DNA from: Octopus bimaculoides
Taxonomy: Eukaryota
DNA length: 64,000 bases
Reading direction: 5' to 3'
Assembly (NCBI RefSeq): GCF_001194135.2
Contig: NC_068993.1
Coordinates: 26,197,690-26,261,689 of the forward strand
Under the pieces are notes generated by a model. The model was not told the origin of the DNA, made no database searches, and was given only the letters and a program-made list of their open reading frames with translations. The first letter of the stretch is position 1; every line of letters begins with the position of its first letter. Below are positions 22,386 through 34,666 of this stretch, piece after piece. Made by a program: the position numbers and the translations under genes.

Positions 22386-23050
22386 ACACACACACACACA
22401 CATTCTACTTATATTTATTGGTATCTGATTGTTGGACATTTATAACCAAATTCTTTTAATACTGAGTGCTTTATTGATATTTGCCAGGATTTTTTAATCC
22501 CATTTTTTCTTCTAATTATATATATTTATATATATATCATTTGTAAAAAACATAAATCCAAAAGAAGAAGCACACTCTAAGATGTAGGGTAGTATATATT
22601 AATATATATGTATGTATATTTAGGACTGGCTTCTTTCAGTTTCTGTTTACCAAATCCATGTACATATATGTACATGCAGTGTATTTATTGTGGGGTATTG
22701 TGATAAACTGTGGTATAAAGTACCAGGTGATATTAAGAAGAAATGAAACAGTAACAACATGGCCATCATCTGACACCTCAGAATAAGACCAGCAGGAAGC
22801 CATGAAGTAGCCAATGAGAACACATCAATGTTTAGTGTTGATGGCCAAATTTCCAACAGTAATCTCTCTGCCATCATTGAAATAGGACTATATGTTTTAA
22901 TTTATAAATCTTAGGACCATGACCAAATCAATGCGATGATCACAGCTAGAAATGCTGATTGAATGATGCATTCAATCAGCTATCTCTGCACCATCAATTT
23001 GTTCTTGCAGACATAATCAGGGATAGCTATCAACTACAACAACGAATATC

Positions 23051-23052
<2 letters not shown>

Positions 23053-23107
<55 letters not shown>

Positions 23108-23165
23108 CCTTTCTCCCCCTCTCTCCCCCTCTCTCCCCCTCACTCTTCTCTCTCTTTCTCTTCAT
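23053..23165. repeat. (CT)n polypyrimidine microsatellite
   Basis: Sequence content. Confidence 0.9.
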
Positions 23166-23540
23166 ATTATGTGTGTGTATACACACATATATATACACAA
23201 AAACACACACACATATACATGTATAAAATATAAATACATTTATATGTAAATATATCTATCTGTCAGCCTATCCAAATATACATACTTTTACATAAATATA
23301 TCTGTTTATCTATTTGCCTGTCTAAATACATACAGACACACACATATGTAACAGTTAACATTAACTGAAATAAAAGACTAAGTATAAATGTATAGCAGAT
23401 CTTTTTAATAATTTTATTAATAGTAAGTTCGAAGTTTGCACCATCACTGAACTCATAATATGGTGAAGCTGATGACCTTCAAAAATTCAATGTAGCAAGC
23501 AGTAAAATTATGTAACACACATACACACGCACGCATGCAT

Positions 23541-23581
<41 letters not shown>

Positions 23582-23821
23582 AATGCACATATATCTGGAA
23601 ACTGAACCTCACACAAGAGATAACAAAAGAACACAATCAGTAACAGGATGTTGTGTCAGAGAGGAGACTTCAAACCCATGCAAGCATGAAAAACAGATGT
23701 AAAAGTGATAATGTTGATGAGGAGAAGAAGGAGGAGGAAAAGGAGGATATATACATATATTTATGTGTGTGTTTGTGTATGTGTGTGTTTGTGTATGTGT
23801 GTGTGTGTGTGTGTGTGTATA

Positions 23822-25076
23822 CAGGGGTTGGACAAAATAATGGAAACACCTTAAAATTTCAAATAAATTAATTTTAATATTGAGTAGGACTGCCTTTGGC
23901 AGTAATTACAGTTTGAATTCTATGAGGTATGGATTCATACAAAGTTTGAATTGTTTCCAAATGAATTTTTCTCCATTCTTCAGCTAAAATAGTCTTTAGT
24001 TCTTGTAGTGATGATGGTGGAAGGATATTGACTCTTTACTAGTTTTTCTAAAATGCATCATAAATGTTCAATAATATTGAGATCTGGGGACTGTGGTGGC
24101 CAGATAAGATGTTCAACTTCACTAGAATATTCTTTGCGCCATTCAGTAACAACTTTAGCTGTGTGAATTGGTGCATTATCATCCTGAAATATTGCGTATC
24201 CCTCTGGAAATAGTTCCGCAACCATAGGATGAATTTAATCAGATAAAATGCTTAAATAGTCTTGACTATTAATTCTGCCATGGAGGGAAACCATTGGACC
24301 AGTGAATTAGCCCCTCCAGATCATCACAGATCCTCCTCCATGTTTAACAGTTGGAAGAAGGCAGTCTAAGTCAAATGCTTCTTTTGGCTGTCTCCACACA
24401 TATATAGTCAGCTGGTGGTCAGAAATAAGCTAAAGGGTGACTCGTCTGAGAAAATAACATTCTTCCACTGATCTAGGGATAAATTCTGTAGGTTTTTTCT
24501 CCACTCTAAATGCTTTGCAACACTTGTTTTTGAAAGTAGTGCTTTTCTGACTGCAGCCCTCCTGTGGAATCCAGCTTTGTGCAGCTCCCAGCCATCAGTT
24601 ATTACGGAAACTGGGTTTTCAAGGTGGTCATTAAGCTCGGCAGTAATTTTGGGAGCTGTACTTTTGTGATCCTTTCTAACAATTCGTGTAAGAGTCCAAC
24701 AGACCCTATCTGAAAGTTTTTTTTTTTTCCGGAGTTTTGTTTCGACGAGGAGGTTTTATTCCTCTTTCTCAAAGGCTGTCATTACTTTTGAGACAGTACT
24801 TCTTGATACACCCAACATTTCAGCTGTTTTTGTTATGCTAGCTCCTACCATACGAGCACCACCCATTTGACCTCTTGGAATGTCCAATAGATCTGTCATT
24901 TTAATGAATTTTAATTACCTTTTTCTGATGATATCTGAAGAGAAACAGCAATTTTAGCAAAACATATTAAGCAACACTAAAACCAAAAAACATAAAAAAT
25001 AAACAAGCTTTTGATGGTTTTATAGATATTTCAAACTTATGATGCTAGGTGTTTCCATTATTTTGTCCAACCCTTG
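23822..25076 (-). mobile_element. Full-length degenerate Tc1 transposon with about 30-bp TIRs and TA TSD (transposase pseudogene 24899-23874)
   Basis: TA-CAGGGGTTGGACAAAATAATGGAAACACCT .. AGGTGTTTCCATTATTTTGTCCAACCCTTG-TA; [40 protein letters not shown]. Confidence 0.95.
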
Positions 25077-25199
25077 TATATGCAAATCGTCATCATTATC
25101 ATCATTATTTTAACATTTACTCTTCTATGCATGAGTCAGATGAGACTAAGTTGAGACAATGTTTTCTACAACCAGAAGTCCATCCTCCTGCTAACACTA

Positions 25200-25659
25200 A
25201 CCTATTTCTTCTTGCTGCTCTGCCATAGTAGCCAAATTTGTGGAGATACCTGATAGCTGTTCTGGGATTGACATCAACTTGTTTTGCTATGTCACAGGAC
25301 TTGCAACAAGGATTATCCTCCACACTTCACTTAGCAAAGCTAAGTGTCTTGTTGATCTGGGTGTGGTAATGTGGACTCGTTGCCCTCCCTGGTGAATTGC
25401 ACAATCACTTTATTAACTGTAGAAAGTGGGATCCGAAGGTTTTCTGTGATTTTACTCTGACTAGGTCCACCTTCAGATTGACTTACAATACAGCCTCTTG
25501 GAAATTTGGATAGTTCCAACCCTTCTTTTGTATGTGGTATGATTAAGCAGTCACATATAGAACTGGGAGCATAAATATGTCAAATAATAAAGAATACAAA
25601 CCTTTTCTAGTTAAAATACGCATAAAACAGTGTTTTATGGTGTGTCGATTTACTTCTGT

Positions 25660-25662
<3 letters not shown>
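25200..25662 (-). mobile_element. 5' fragment of another Tc1-family transposon
   Basis: HTH region [20 protein letters not shown] and DIAKQVDVNPRTAIRYLHKFGYYGRAARR. Confidence 0.7.
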
Positions 25663-25704
<42 letters not shown>

Positions 25705-25743
25705 ATATACATGCACACATATACATATATTCTTGTATATAAA

Positions 25744-26410
25744 TATGAAGGGAAGTCAAAAATTATTCACACTTTCACCATAATATATCTTTATTATTGT
25801 CACACTGCCTTCTGTGCATGCATGCTTTTAGTTGGTACTACTGTGGTCATGTGATCGAAGTTTGAACCTGATCATGCCATTTTTCGTTCAGCTTTACAGT
25901 GTAAGCATGACTGCTCCACTAGCAATGTGCACCAAAGAAAAACAAAGTGCAGTGATCCAAGAGATGGTAATGGTGAACCAGTTCACCAATACCATCCCTT
26001 AAGCTTACTGAATCTTCTCATTAGTGGAGGTTGATGGACGTCCTGCTCATTCTTCATGCACCATGCTTGTCCAGCCACTTTGAATCTTTTTGATCCACTC
26101 ATACACACTTCTTTGCAGTAGTGCACTATCTCCATATGTGCTAAAAGCTTCCAATGAATTCCAGCACCTGACACACCTTCCAACCAGAGAAATTGGATCA
26201 CTGCTCTTTGTTCTTCTTTGCTGCACATTGCTAATGGAGCGGCCATACTTACACTGTAAAGACTAAAAGAAAAATTACATGATCAGGCTCAATCTTCTAT
26301 CATGTGACCACAATAGTACCAACTATAAGTACGCATGCACAGAAGGCAGTGTGACAATAATAAAGATATGTTATGGTGAAAGTGCAGATAATTTTTTACT
26401 TCTCCTCATA
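25744..26410. mobile_element. Palindromic mariner derivative built from two 5' ends
   Basis: 25744-25960(+) and 26195-26410(-) are about 215-bp inverted copies that both include the start of MAAPLAMCSKEEQRAVIQ; TA at both termini. Confidence 0.85.
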
Positions 26411-26428
26411 TATACATGCATATATTTT

Positions 26429-26478
<50 letters not shown>

Positions 26479-26559
26479 TGCAAGTATACATTCTCAACTA
26501 AGCAATAAACTTAAGAAAACCAGGAATTCCTTCCTCAGCTGCTTAATGGTTATAGACTG

Positions 26560-27010
26560 GATCACTAATTCCATCAATGTCAAACACCCTTAAAAACATT
26601 TAATGCCGCCTGGGAATATACAAGCCCAAAATTTTGCACCTGGATTATAATTATAAACTTAACTACCCAATTACACTGCAATACAAAATTCAATTAATTA
26701 AATTGCAAAAATCAATAATTAAGTCATTCAACAATTCAATAAGCAATAAATAACACACAAAGAATAAACTAAGATGTAAATTTAACTAATCAGCATAGAT
26801 ACACTACAACAAACAAATATTGCCAACTACCTTGAACACATTCAGAAACAAATAATAACCAACTATGGACATTTTATGTCCTAATACACACACATTCTAA
26901 ATGAGATATGTCTATTGATTGAACCACACAACCTATAGTGAAAAAGCACAACTCAAACATCCTTAACAACTTATATAACATGAAATCGAATTACTAAATA
27001 AATAATTTAA
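26560..27010 (+). mobile_element. Possible highly decayed Penelope-like GIY-YIG endonuclease fragment
   Basis: Patchy similarity to the PLE C-terminus (NQHRY.., LWTF, LNEICLL, ..ELLN); many stops. Confidence 0.3.
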
Positions 27011-27417
27011 TAATCCCAATAAAATTAACATTTCTATTCACCAGGAAACCTGTCTGACCATCTATCTCCTGCAAGTGCTTTGACCAAAAAAATGATCAGA
27101 GTAAACTTGAATGCAGCAAAAGTGGCAGCAATCATCTGGTTAGAAGAGTCAAGACAAAACATTTATTGACCACTCAAGGCCATTCTTTCTTACCTTAACC
27201 CAAATGCAGTCGATCTAAGCATAACTATTTGACTGTAAAGACACTCCTTAGTGAATTCTATATTTTCTATAATTCCATGCATACCTCACCACTTATTTTA
27301 ATGTAGTTTCAACCAAAGCCCAGGGAGTGGATTTGACAGATGAAAACAGAAAGCAGTCCATCATATATAAACATGCAAGTATGTGCATGTGTGTGTGTGT
27401 GGGGGGGNNNNNNNNNN

Positions 27418-27469
<52 letters not shown>

Positions 27470-27470
<1 letters not shown>

Positions 27471-27842
27471 CTTTTATCTGTTTCAGTGATTAGACTGCGT
27501 CCATGCTTTGAAGAACCTTTCATCAAATGAATCAACCCCAGTACTTTTTTTAAAGTCTGGTACTTACTCTATCAGTTTCTTTTTGCCAAACCATTAAGTT
27601 ACAGGGACCTAAACAAACTAACACCAGTTGTCAAGTGGATGTAGGGGACAAACAGACACAAAGAGACACACACACACACACACATACACACGACAGACTT
27701 CTTTCAGTTTCTGCCTACCAAATCCACTTACAAAGTTTTCGTCAGCCTGAGGTTATAGAAGACACTTGCCCAAGTTGCCATGCAATGAGAGTGAATCCAG
27801 AGCCACGTGATTGAGAAGCAAGCTTCTTGCGACTCAGCCACA
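27470..27842 (-). mobile_element. CORE-type tRNA SINE
   Basis: Homologous to 3872-4322. Confidence 0.85.
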
Positions 27843-27878
27843 TCTGGAATGAACAGGTTTTAATTGCAAAATGCAAAT

Positions 27879-27965
27879 TACAGTAGTAGCAGCTGTTGCT
27901 GAGTTTTCCGTATTATGTCATCATATGATATGGAAAACTCAGTAAAAACAGCTGTTACCACTGTA
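27879..27965. mobile_element. Miniature hairpin (about 87 bp), Tc1/mariner-type mini-MITE
   Basis: TACAGTAGTAGCAGCTGTTGCTGAGTTTTCCGTATTATG / CATATGATATGGAAAACTCAGTAAAAACAGCTGTTACCACTGTA; TA-CAGT termini. Confidence 0.65.
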
Positions 27966-28429
27966 CAGATACAATTGTTGTGTTTTGCTACTAAAGCCTA
28001 TTCATTCCATCTTGGTTTATAGAATTTTTTAATAAATTTTGTACTTACTAACAGAGTTCTACATAAATATCCAGCAAAACAAATAACGCTGCTGTATGAT
28101 GGCACTTGGCAGCCGGTAACCATAGAGGAGCTATTAAATGCATGTTTTGAGGCTAATACCCAGATTATATTAAATATACAATATAAGATATATATGTGTG
28201 TATGTATGTATGTATATATGCATTCATATATATATATGTGCATGTGTGTGTGTGTGTATGTATGTATGTGTGTATGTATGTATGTATGGATGGATGGATG
28301 TATGTATGTACAGGTATGGTGATGCAAAAATAGTACTCAAAGTACAAGTAAATGTATATTTTTATCAATATTTAGCAGAAGCAACAGAGTGACTCAAGGG
28401 CCGTCCAATGCATGAAAAACTTGGCCCTT

Positions 28430-28884
28430 TATTCTTTTACTTGTTTTAGCCATTTGGCTGTGGTCATGCTGGAGCACCACCTTTTTAGTCAAACAAATTG
28501 ACCCCAGGGCTTATTCTTTGCAAGCTTAGCACTTATTCTATCAGTCTCTTTTGCCGAACCGCTAAGTTACAGGGACATAAACACACCAACACTGGTTGTC
28601 AAGTGATGGTAGGGGTACAAACAAAGACATACACACACACACACACATATATATACAGTAATCCCTTGTCTTTTGCAGGTATTATGTTCCACCCCCCGCC
28701 CCCGCAATAGGTGAAAATCCATGAAATAGAAACAGTCTGTACTGTATATTTTTTTAATTATTTTTATAATTTGTATATATTTATTTTATTATAAATGCAA
28801 AACAACACCACGGAGGAATCGACATTAGCTTAAATAATAAACTGTGATAGGTGAATCGTGATATGGCGAGGGATTACTGTGTGA

Positions 28885-28925
<41 letters not shown>

Positions 28926-29057
28926 CAATGGTCTTCTTTCAATTTCCATCTCACAAGACTTTGGATAGTAGAAGACACTGGCCAAAGGTGCTACACAGTG
29001 GGACCAAATCATGAACCATGTTGGTGGGAAGCAAGCTTCTTACCACACAGCCATGCT
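28430..29057 (-). mobile_element. CORE-type SINE interrupted by a MITE
   Basis: 3' half at 28430-28650 and 5' half at 28925-29057. Confidence 0.8.
28656..28879. mobile_element. pogo/Tigger-like MITE
   Basis: TIRs CAGTAATCCCTTG / CGAGGGATTACTG; inserted at TA in the SINE microsatellite. Confidence 0.8.
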
Positions 29058-29109
29058 TTACCAGCCTTGATTTGCCTTCTAATTACTCTGATTGTAATCT
29101 CATGGATTA

Positions 29110-29417
29110 CTGCATGGGAGCACCATTGAGAAAGACTCCAACTGCTCTACCTACAACACCAAGGCTGAGCTAGTGGCCAAGGTGAAGGAAGAGTTTGAAG
29201 ATCCTCTTAGAGACACATTGAAGAATGCATGTGCCAGGTTTTGGAGCTATTTTGAGGTTGTGGTGAAAGTGGAGGGTTGCTATTTGAATAAACTATTATC
29301 TCTCAGCCATAATGTAGTTGATACATTTTGATTTCTCAAAATATTAAAATTTTTTGATGGGATATTGTGTTTTTTTCTTTTATGCAAACTGTCAAATTTA
29401 ACCTGAACACCCTGTAT
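29110..29417 (+). mobile_element. 3' fragment of a maT/Tc1-like transposon with terminal repeat
   Basis: IEKDSNCSTYNTKAELVAKVKEEF..NACARF; end TATGCAAACTGTCAAATTTAACCTGAACACCCTGTA also seen near 51650. Confidence 0.65.
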
Positions 29418-29489
29418 AGGATGTGCAACAATGTGATATCACACAGGTGGTGAATGATACAAATATCAAATGGTAATATATCCCACAAA

Positions 29490-29705
29490 AACAGTGGCAA
29501 GCTGGGAGAATTGTTAGCATACCAGGCAAAATACTAAGTGGCATTTCTTCTGTCTACACATTCTGAATTCGAACTCCACTGAGGTCAGTTTGCCTTTCAT
29601 CCTTTCAGGGTTGATAAAATAAGTACCAGTTGAGCACTAAGGTTGAAGTAGCCGACTTAGCCCCTTCCCCAAAACTGCTGACCTTGTGCCAAAATTTAAA
29701 ACCAA
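29490..29705 (+). mobile_element. Nin/Deu-type SINE
   Basis: GCCTTTCATCCTTTCAGGGTTGATAAAATAAGTACCAGTTGAGCAC. Confidence 0.8.
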
Positions 29706-30999
29706 TATATCCTACAAATCTTTGGTTTAGTAGGATATGTCTCATTAATCATATTCATAGAAAACATTGGAATGATACAACGATTATATAAAAGGTGGAT
29801 GATGGCTGCTGAAATATCACACCAATGATAGACATGGAGAGTGATATTAAAACACACACATGATGGGTGTGGAGAGTGAGGTATTACATTAGCTGAAGGT
29901 AGTGGCTGGTGTGATATCATTTTCATGCTGATCAAACTCATGGTGGTAGATTATTTTAATGTGATATTTTCTCTCATGAATGTCTACCAAATATGGGTGA
30001 AATAACATTTAAACACTGTCTTTTTCTCATCAAAAATGACAGAGAAAGTTGTTTCCTTTTATTTGCTTTATTGCCTCTTTTATTGTTCTTATGAAGTACC
30101 AAAAGCAACACTACCACCACTTTCACCACCACCACCACCTTCCCCATATCAATGCATTCCTGTGCTTTCACATAAATAAAAGCTAGTCCAGCTGCCTGCA
30201 CACCCTTGCATATTTCTCTCCCCACAATACCACATCACACACCACATTGCAATGGCAACAGTCAATAACCACTGAATGCCACTATTTAAATTGCACTTGA
30301 TCAATAAATTGTTTGATAAAAGCACTTTTGCTTATTGGATTACAAAATATATCACTCAAGGTATTAATAAAATATCTTTAATTAGAAACAGTTCACCCTG
30401 AATGGTAGCTGTGAATTTTATTAACGTACGACATCACTAACTGTTGTCTTGGGTACATTATATTCTAACAATCTGCCCTGTTGTTTATTCGTGTGCAAGT
30501 CATATCTGTGATAATGAGCTGCTTCATACGGCTGTTATATATTTACAGAGGCTGCTGACAGTTTTAGGCAACTCACAAAGCACTTAGTGAGGTTATGGTA
30601 GTATATGTGTGCCATGTCACTTGATTTGTTTGTGTATATCTTATTTTCTATTAGAAGAAAGAATAGAAATGTTAGCTTTTCACTAGAACTGACACGAGGT
30701 AAAATCATGATAGAAGCATTGTACTTTCCTATATCCTGGGGCAATGGGTTCAGTGCTTTCAGCTTCAGCCCATGGTATTGGAAACTTAGTGTAATAAAAA
30801 ATAATAAAATAAAATAATAATTGAAGTAGTAAAGTTACTTGACATTAGTATAAAATAAGGACTGAATGTATAGTATAACTACTAAGTAAGGACTGTTTAG
30901 TTATTTAATTGTGCTGAGTTCACATCCTGCAGAGATACACCCTACCAGGTTCAAGACAGATATTAAGCAGCCATGCAAAAAAAGAAAAAAATTAACATT

Positions 31000-31145
31000 G
31001 TGACAAGCAGATGAATTGGTAGAGTGTTGGATAGAATGCATTGCAGGTTTCTTTCTGGTTCTTTGTTCAAATCCTACCAAAGTCAGCATTCCTTTTTATC
31101 CTTTCAGCATCAGTAAATGAAATATTAATCAAGTACAACCAGAAG
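31000..31145 (+). mobile_element. Degenerate Nin-type SINE
   Basis: GTTCAAATCCTACCAAAGTCAGCATTCC..ATCCTTTC similarity to the other copies. Confidence 0.45.
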
Positions 31146-31650
31146 CAAATCTTCCTTTTTTACTCCCTTTTCTTTTTTGTTATAACCAGCAAGATGCCGT
31201 CTTGTAAAATCTCTCAAAGGAAAGCAACATGAAACCATCTTTATAAAAATTTCATAAAAAACACTTAGTATCTGTTATAAAAGTCACTAAGGTTGATTTG
31301 CTTGGCCTGATGGTGTAATGAAGAGAGAAATGCTGTGAAACATCATTATTGTTTACTGGTTATAGTCTGTGTATTAATGACACCCATGTAAAAATATTTT
31401 GCTAATATTGTTAGCAATAATATACACAGTTAACATCAGTAAAACATAATAGCTTCAGAACAATTAACATCTGCACATCACATTACAGTTCTCACCTTAA
31501 GAAAGTTCATTAGTAAAACACTCTTCTACTTCTACTTCCATTCATTGGGCAGATACCATGCTGGGACACTGCATTCAAGGCAATTTAGTCATTGTTATCA
31601 TCCCCAGTTCATCTCCAGTATTTATTTTAGCCTGGTACTTATTTTATCGA

Positions 31651-31940
31651 TCTTTATTAAATGGCTAGGTTTCCTTTTGACTTAAAAGAGTATATCTCAA
31701 TGTACCATTTTATATAAGTATAGACAAATATGGACATAGACACACACACATATATGCATATATATGTGTATGAGTATGTGTGTGTGTGTGTATACATATA
31801 TACACATGTATACACACACATATACATATATATATGCATACATGTGTGTATTTATGTCTGTGTTTGTCTATAGTTGTGTAATATGGTACATTGAGATATA
31901 CCCTTCTAAGTCAAAAGGTAACTTATCCATTCAATAAAGA
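31651..31940. mobile_element. Foldback/MITE-like element with about 100-bp inverted arms around a CA/TG core
   Basis: TCTTTATTAAATGG..GACTTAAAAGAGTATATCTCAATGTACCA is the imperfect reverse complement of TGGTACATTGAGATATACCCTTCTAAGTC..CCATTCAATAAAGA. Confidence 0.75.
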
Positions 31941-32267
31941 TTAATAAGAAGCCCAAAAGTCATGAAGGTGTTAATAATTCATTTATGTTCTGTTTTAAAT
32001 TTACAATATCTTAGCACCATATACAATATATATGTAGGAAATACATGCATATTAGGTGGGAAAAAATTATATCTTGTAAATTATGAATTTAAAAGTTGTA
32101 ATTAAAACAAATTTATCAAAATTTCAGATCTCTTTGCAACTTTTGGAGCATCCTGTGTACACACACACACACACACACACACATGCACATGCATATTTCT
32201 GTATAAATATATGTGTATGTCTATATATATGTTTTTATGTATATATGTATATACATGTATATGGTGT

Positions 32268-32722
32268 GTGTGTGTCTATTTGGAAATGTGCTGTGCGTGA
32301 GAAGACCCGGCAAGCCAAGTAAGATCGTTGCCAGTGCCCCTGGACTGGCTCTTGTGCGGGTGGCACATAAGATGCACCATTTTGAGCATGGCCGTTGCCA
32401 GTACCACCTGACTGGCCTTCGTAGGATTTTCGAGCGAGATCGCTGCCAGTGCCCCTGGACTGGCTTGTGCGGGTGGCACATAAAAGACACCATTTCAAGC
32501 GTGGCCGTTGCCAGTATCGCCTGACTGGCCTTCGTGCAGGTGACACGTAAAAGCACCTACTACACTCTCTGAGTGGTTGGCGTTAGGAAGGGCATCCAGC
32601 TGTAGAAACTCTGCCAAATTTAGATTGGAGCCTGGTGTTGCCATCCGGTTTCACCAGTCCTCAGTCAAGTCGTCCAACCCATGCTAGCATGGAAAGCGGA
32701 CGTTAAACGATGATGATGATGA
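32268..32722 (+). mobile_element. RTE-related 3' UTR/SINE-like repeat with internal tandem units and (GAT)n tail
   Basis: GCCAGTGCCCCTGGACTGGC unit occurs twice; GTTAGGAAGGGCATCC 3' motif; copies at 39459, 46272 and 63786. Confidence 0.8.
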
Positions 32723-32727
32723 TATAT

Positions 32728-33503
32728 CAGTGACGACTCTGGGATTCAGGCTTAGCCCGAGTATAAATTTAGTAAAGTGGTCGTGTATTTGCAAGCTGAT
32801 TTAATTCCTACCAACTCTGACTTCAAGTATGGAATTGCAGCCAATAACTCAGGCACGTTTTACTGAGCCTGGTCACAGTTCATTCATTTTCATTCAGCGT
32901 CTGGCAGTCATCTTAGAGGTGTCCTGTATCAAAAAATACCATTCATAGCAGACATTCTCTCAACATTGTTCACACACACCTGACTCAGGATCGGAAGTTA
33001 CAGCATCGTAAACATTAAAAGTAATTCAAATCCAATGTTTTCTTGAAACAATAAATTTCTATAGAGATTAGGATTTAAATTCCAATCTATGAAAAGTTTT
33101 TGTTCTGCGATATTCTTAAGGGAACAAAAAATTATCCAGCAACTTGGGCTAATAAGAATGAGCCTGGTAAGTGTAAAAGACTAACTGGCATCTCTTGTCA
33201 AGAATACAGGCAACAGCCAAATCGCTGATATTTGTTGCGCACGCTGTTGTCATTATTTGATTGCTGTTATTCTGTGCATCTGTGTGTAAAGATCAGTTGC
33301 GTTTTGCAGGGTAGCTTTATTTTTACACTTAACTTAGAAATGGAGAGAAGACATAGTACTAGATATAAAAAATAAGCCATTTAGGGCTAGAAATAAAGTG
33401 TAGGCATGTGTTTTATGTGAAATCTGTGAGGAGCCTGAGTGACAAAATCTGTGATGAGCCTGAGTGACGCTGATGACATATATATATATATCAGTTGCCA
33501 CTG
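32728..33503. mobile_element. Probable non-autonomous DNA transposon (CAGTGRCRAC TIR, hAT-like)
   Basis: ATATAT-CAGTGACGAC .. GTTGCCACTG-ATATAT; subterminal direct repeat AAATCTGTGAKGAGCCTGAGTGAC x2 at 33420-33468. Confidence 0.5.
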
Positions 33504-34049
33504 ATATATATATATATATATTATAATAAAAGTGAAATCCTGCTTGTCTGGAACCCCTGTATCTCAGTTTTCATCTGCTCTACATAGACATATTATACCT
33601 TTTTGAAATTAGGATGATCCTAGATTGAAAACCTACCCTTCATTTGGTTCTTGAACATCCAGCATTGGGCACTGATTTAAAATCATTAGGGTTGATATTT
33701 CTAGCAGGTAAAGCTTGGCTGATTCATGCCATCTTGGTTGGCGTTTGTCAGATGACATCAGAGATCAAGTGGGAGATAAATGAAATTCACTTCATTAATT
33801 TCACGTCAAGATAAGAACTTTGAGACAAATTGGCCAATAGTTGGAATTCAAGTTAGGACTGGAACAACAGAATGATTGCATCACAGAATTAATTCTCATC
33901 CACCCTCAAACACCACTAGGGTACATAGTAACTATAGATGTATTATAGTCATGCTATTTAGTTTCCTTTCATTTTGGGTTGCAGGCTCAATTAGCCCTCC
34001 ATACGGAGTGTGGCTTTTAAGCTAAAATATATATATATATATACTGATA

Positions 34050-34335
34050 CTTATTCAGTCAATATCTTTTGCCAAACTGCTAAGTTACAAGGATGTAACA
34101 AGCCAACATCGGTTATCAAGAAGTGGTGAAGGACAAACACAGACACAAAGACACACACACACATAGATTATATATATATACATATAAATATCAGATGGAC
34201 TTCTTTCAGTTTCCATCAAGGTTTTGGCAGCCTGAGAAGACACTTGCCCAAGGTGCCACACATATATATATTGTGAAGGCATGGCTGTGTAATCAGAAGC
34301 TTGCTTCCCAACCACATGGTTCTGGGTTCAGTCCC
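34050..34335. mobile_element. Rearranged CORE-SINE pieces (minus body 34050-34262, plus head 34275-34335)
   Basis: Homology to 3872-4322. Confidence 0.7.
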
Positions 34336-34542
34336 CATGATAGATCGCTGACCACTACATTTATATTTTTTTTCTCCTTATTATTTTTCTCTCCTTATTT
34401 CTTTCTGTGTTCCTTTCAGTTGAAGAGCGTAGCTCGAAACGTCAAAGACTTTCTCTATTCCCGACCGTTAAACTAATACATCCATTTGTTGTTTACACCA
34501 CCTGTCTTCATCTGTTGTTTTTTTTTCGTAAATTCTCCCATA
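34334..34542 (+). mobile_element. Family A HHR element, apparently complete unit (about 210 bp)
   Basis: Starts CCATGATAGATCGCTGACCACTAC (matches 51920-51946 minus), ends AAATTCTCCCA(TA)n. Confidence 0.75.
34413..34447 (+). ncRNA. Minimal type-I hammerhead motif (family A)
   Basis: CTTT-CAGTTGA-A-GAGC-GTA-GCTC-GAAAC-GTC-AAAG. Confidence 0.65.
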
Positions 34543-34666
34543 TATATATATAAAATATGGGATATATATAATCTACTATATTAATGAAAAGAATGAAAGA
34601 AACCTCGATATTATGTAAATAGAGGAATTTATTTGTAATATAATGTGACAATTATTTGGTTGCCAT

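Noticed and set aside
22750-22890. Exon-like stretch of balanced composition
   Set aside because: Weak splice signals, stops in the alternative frames and no motif
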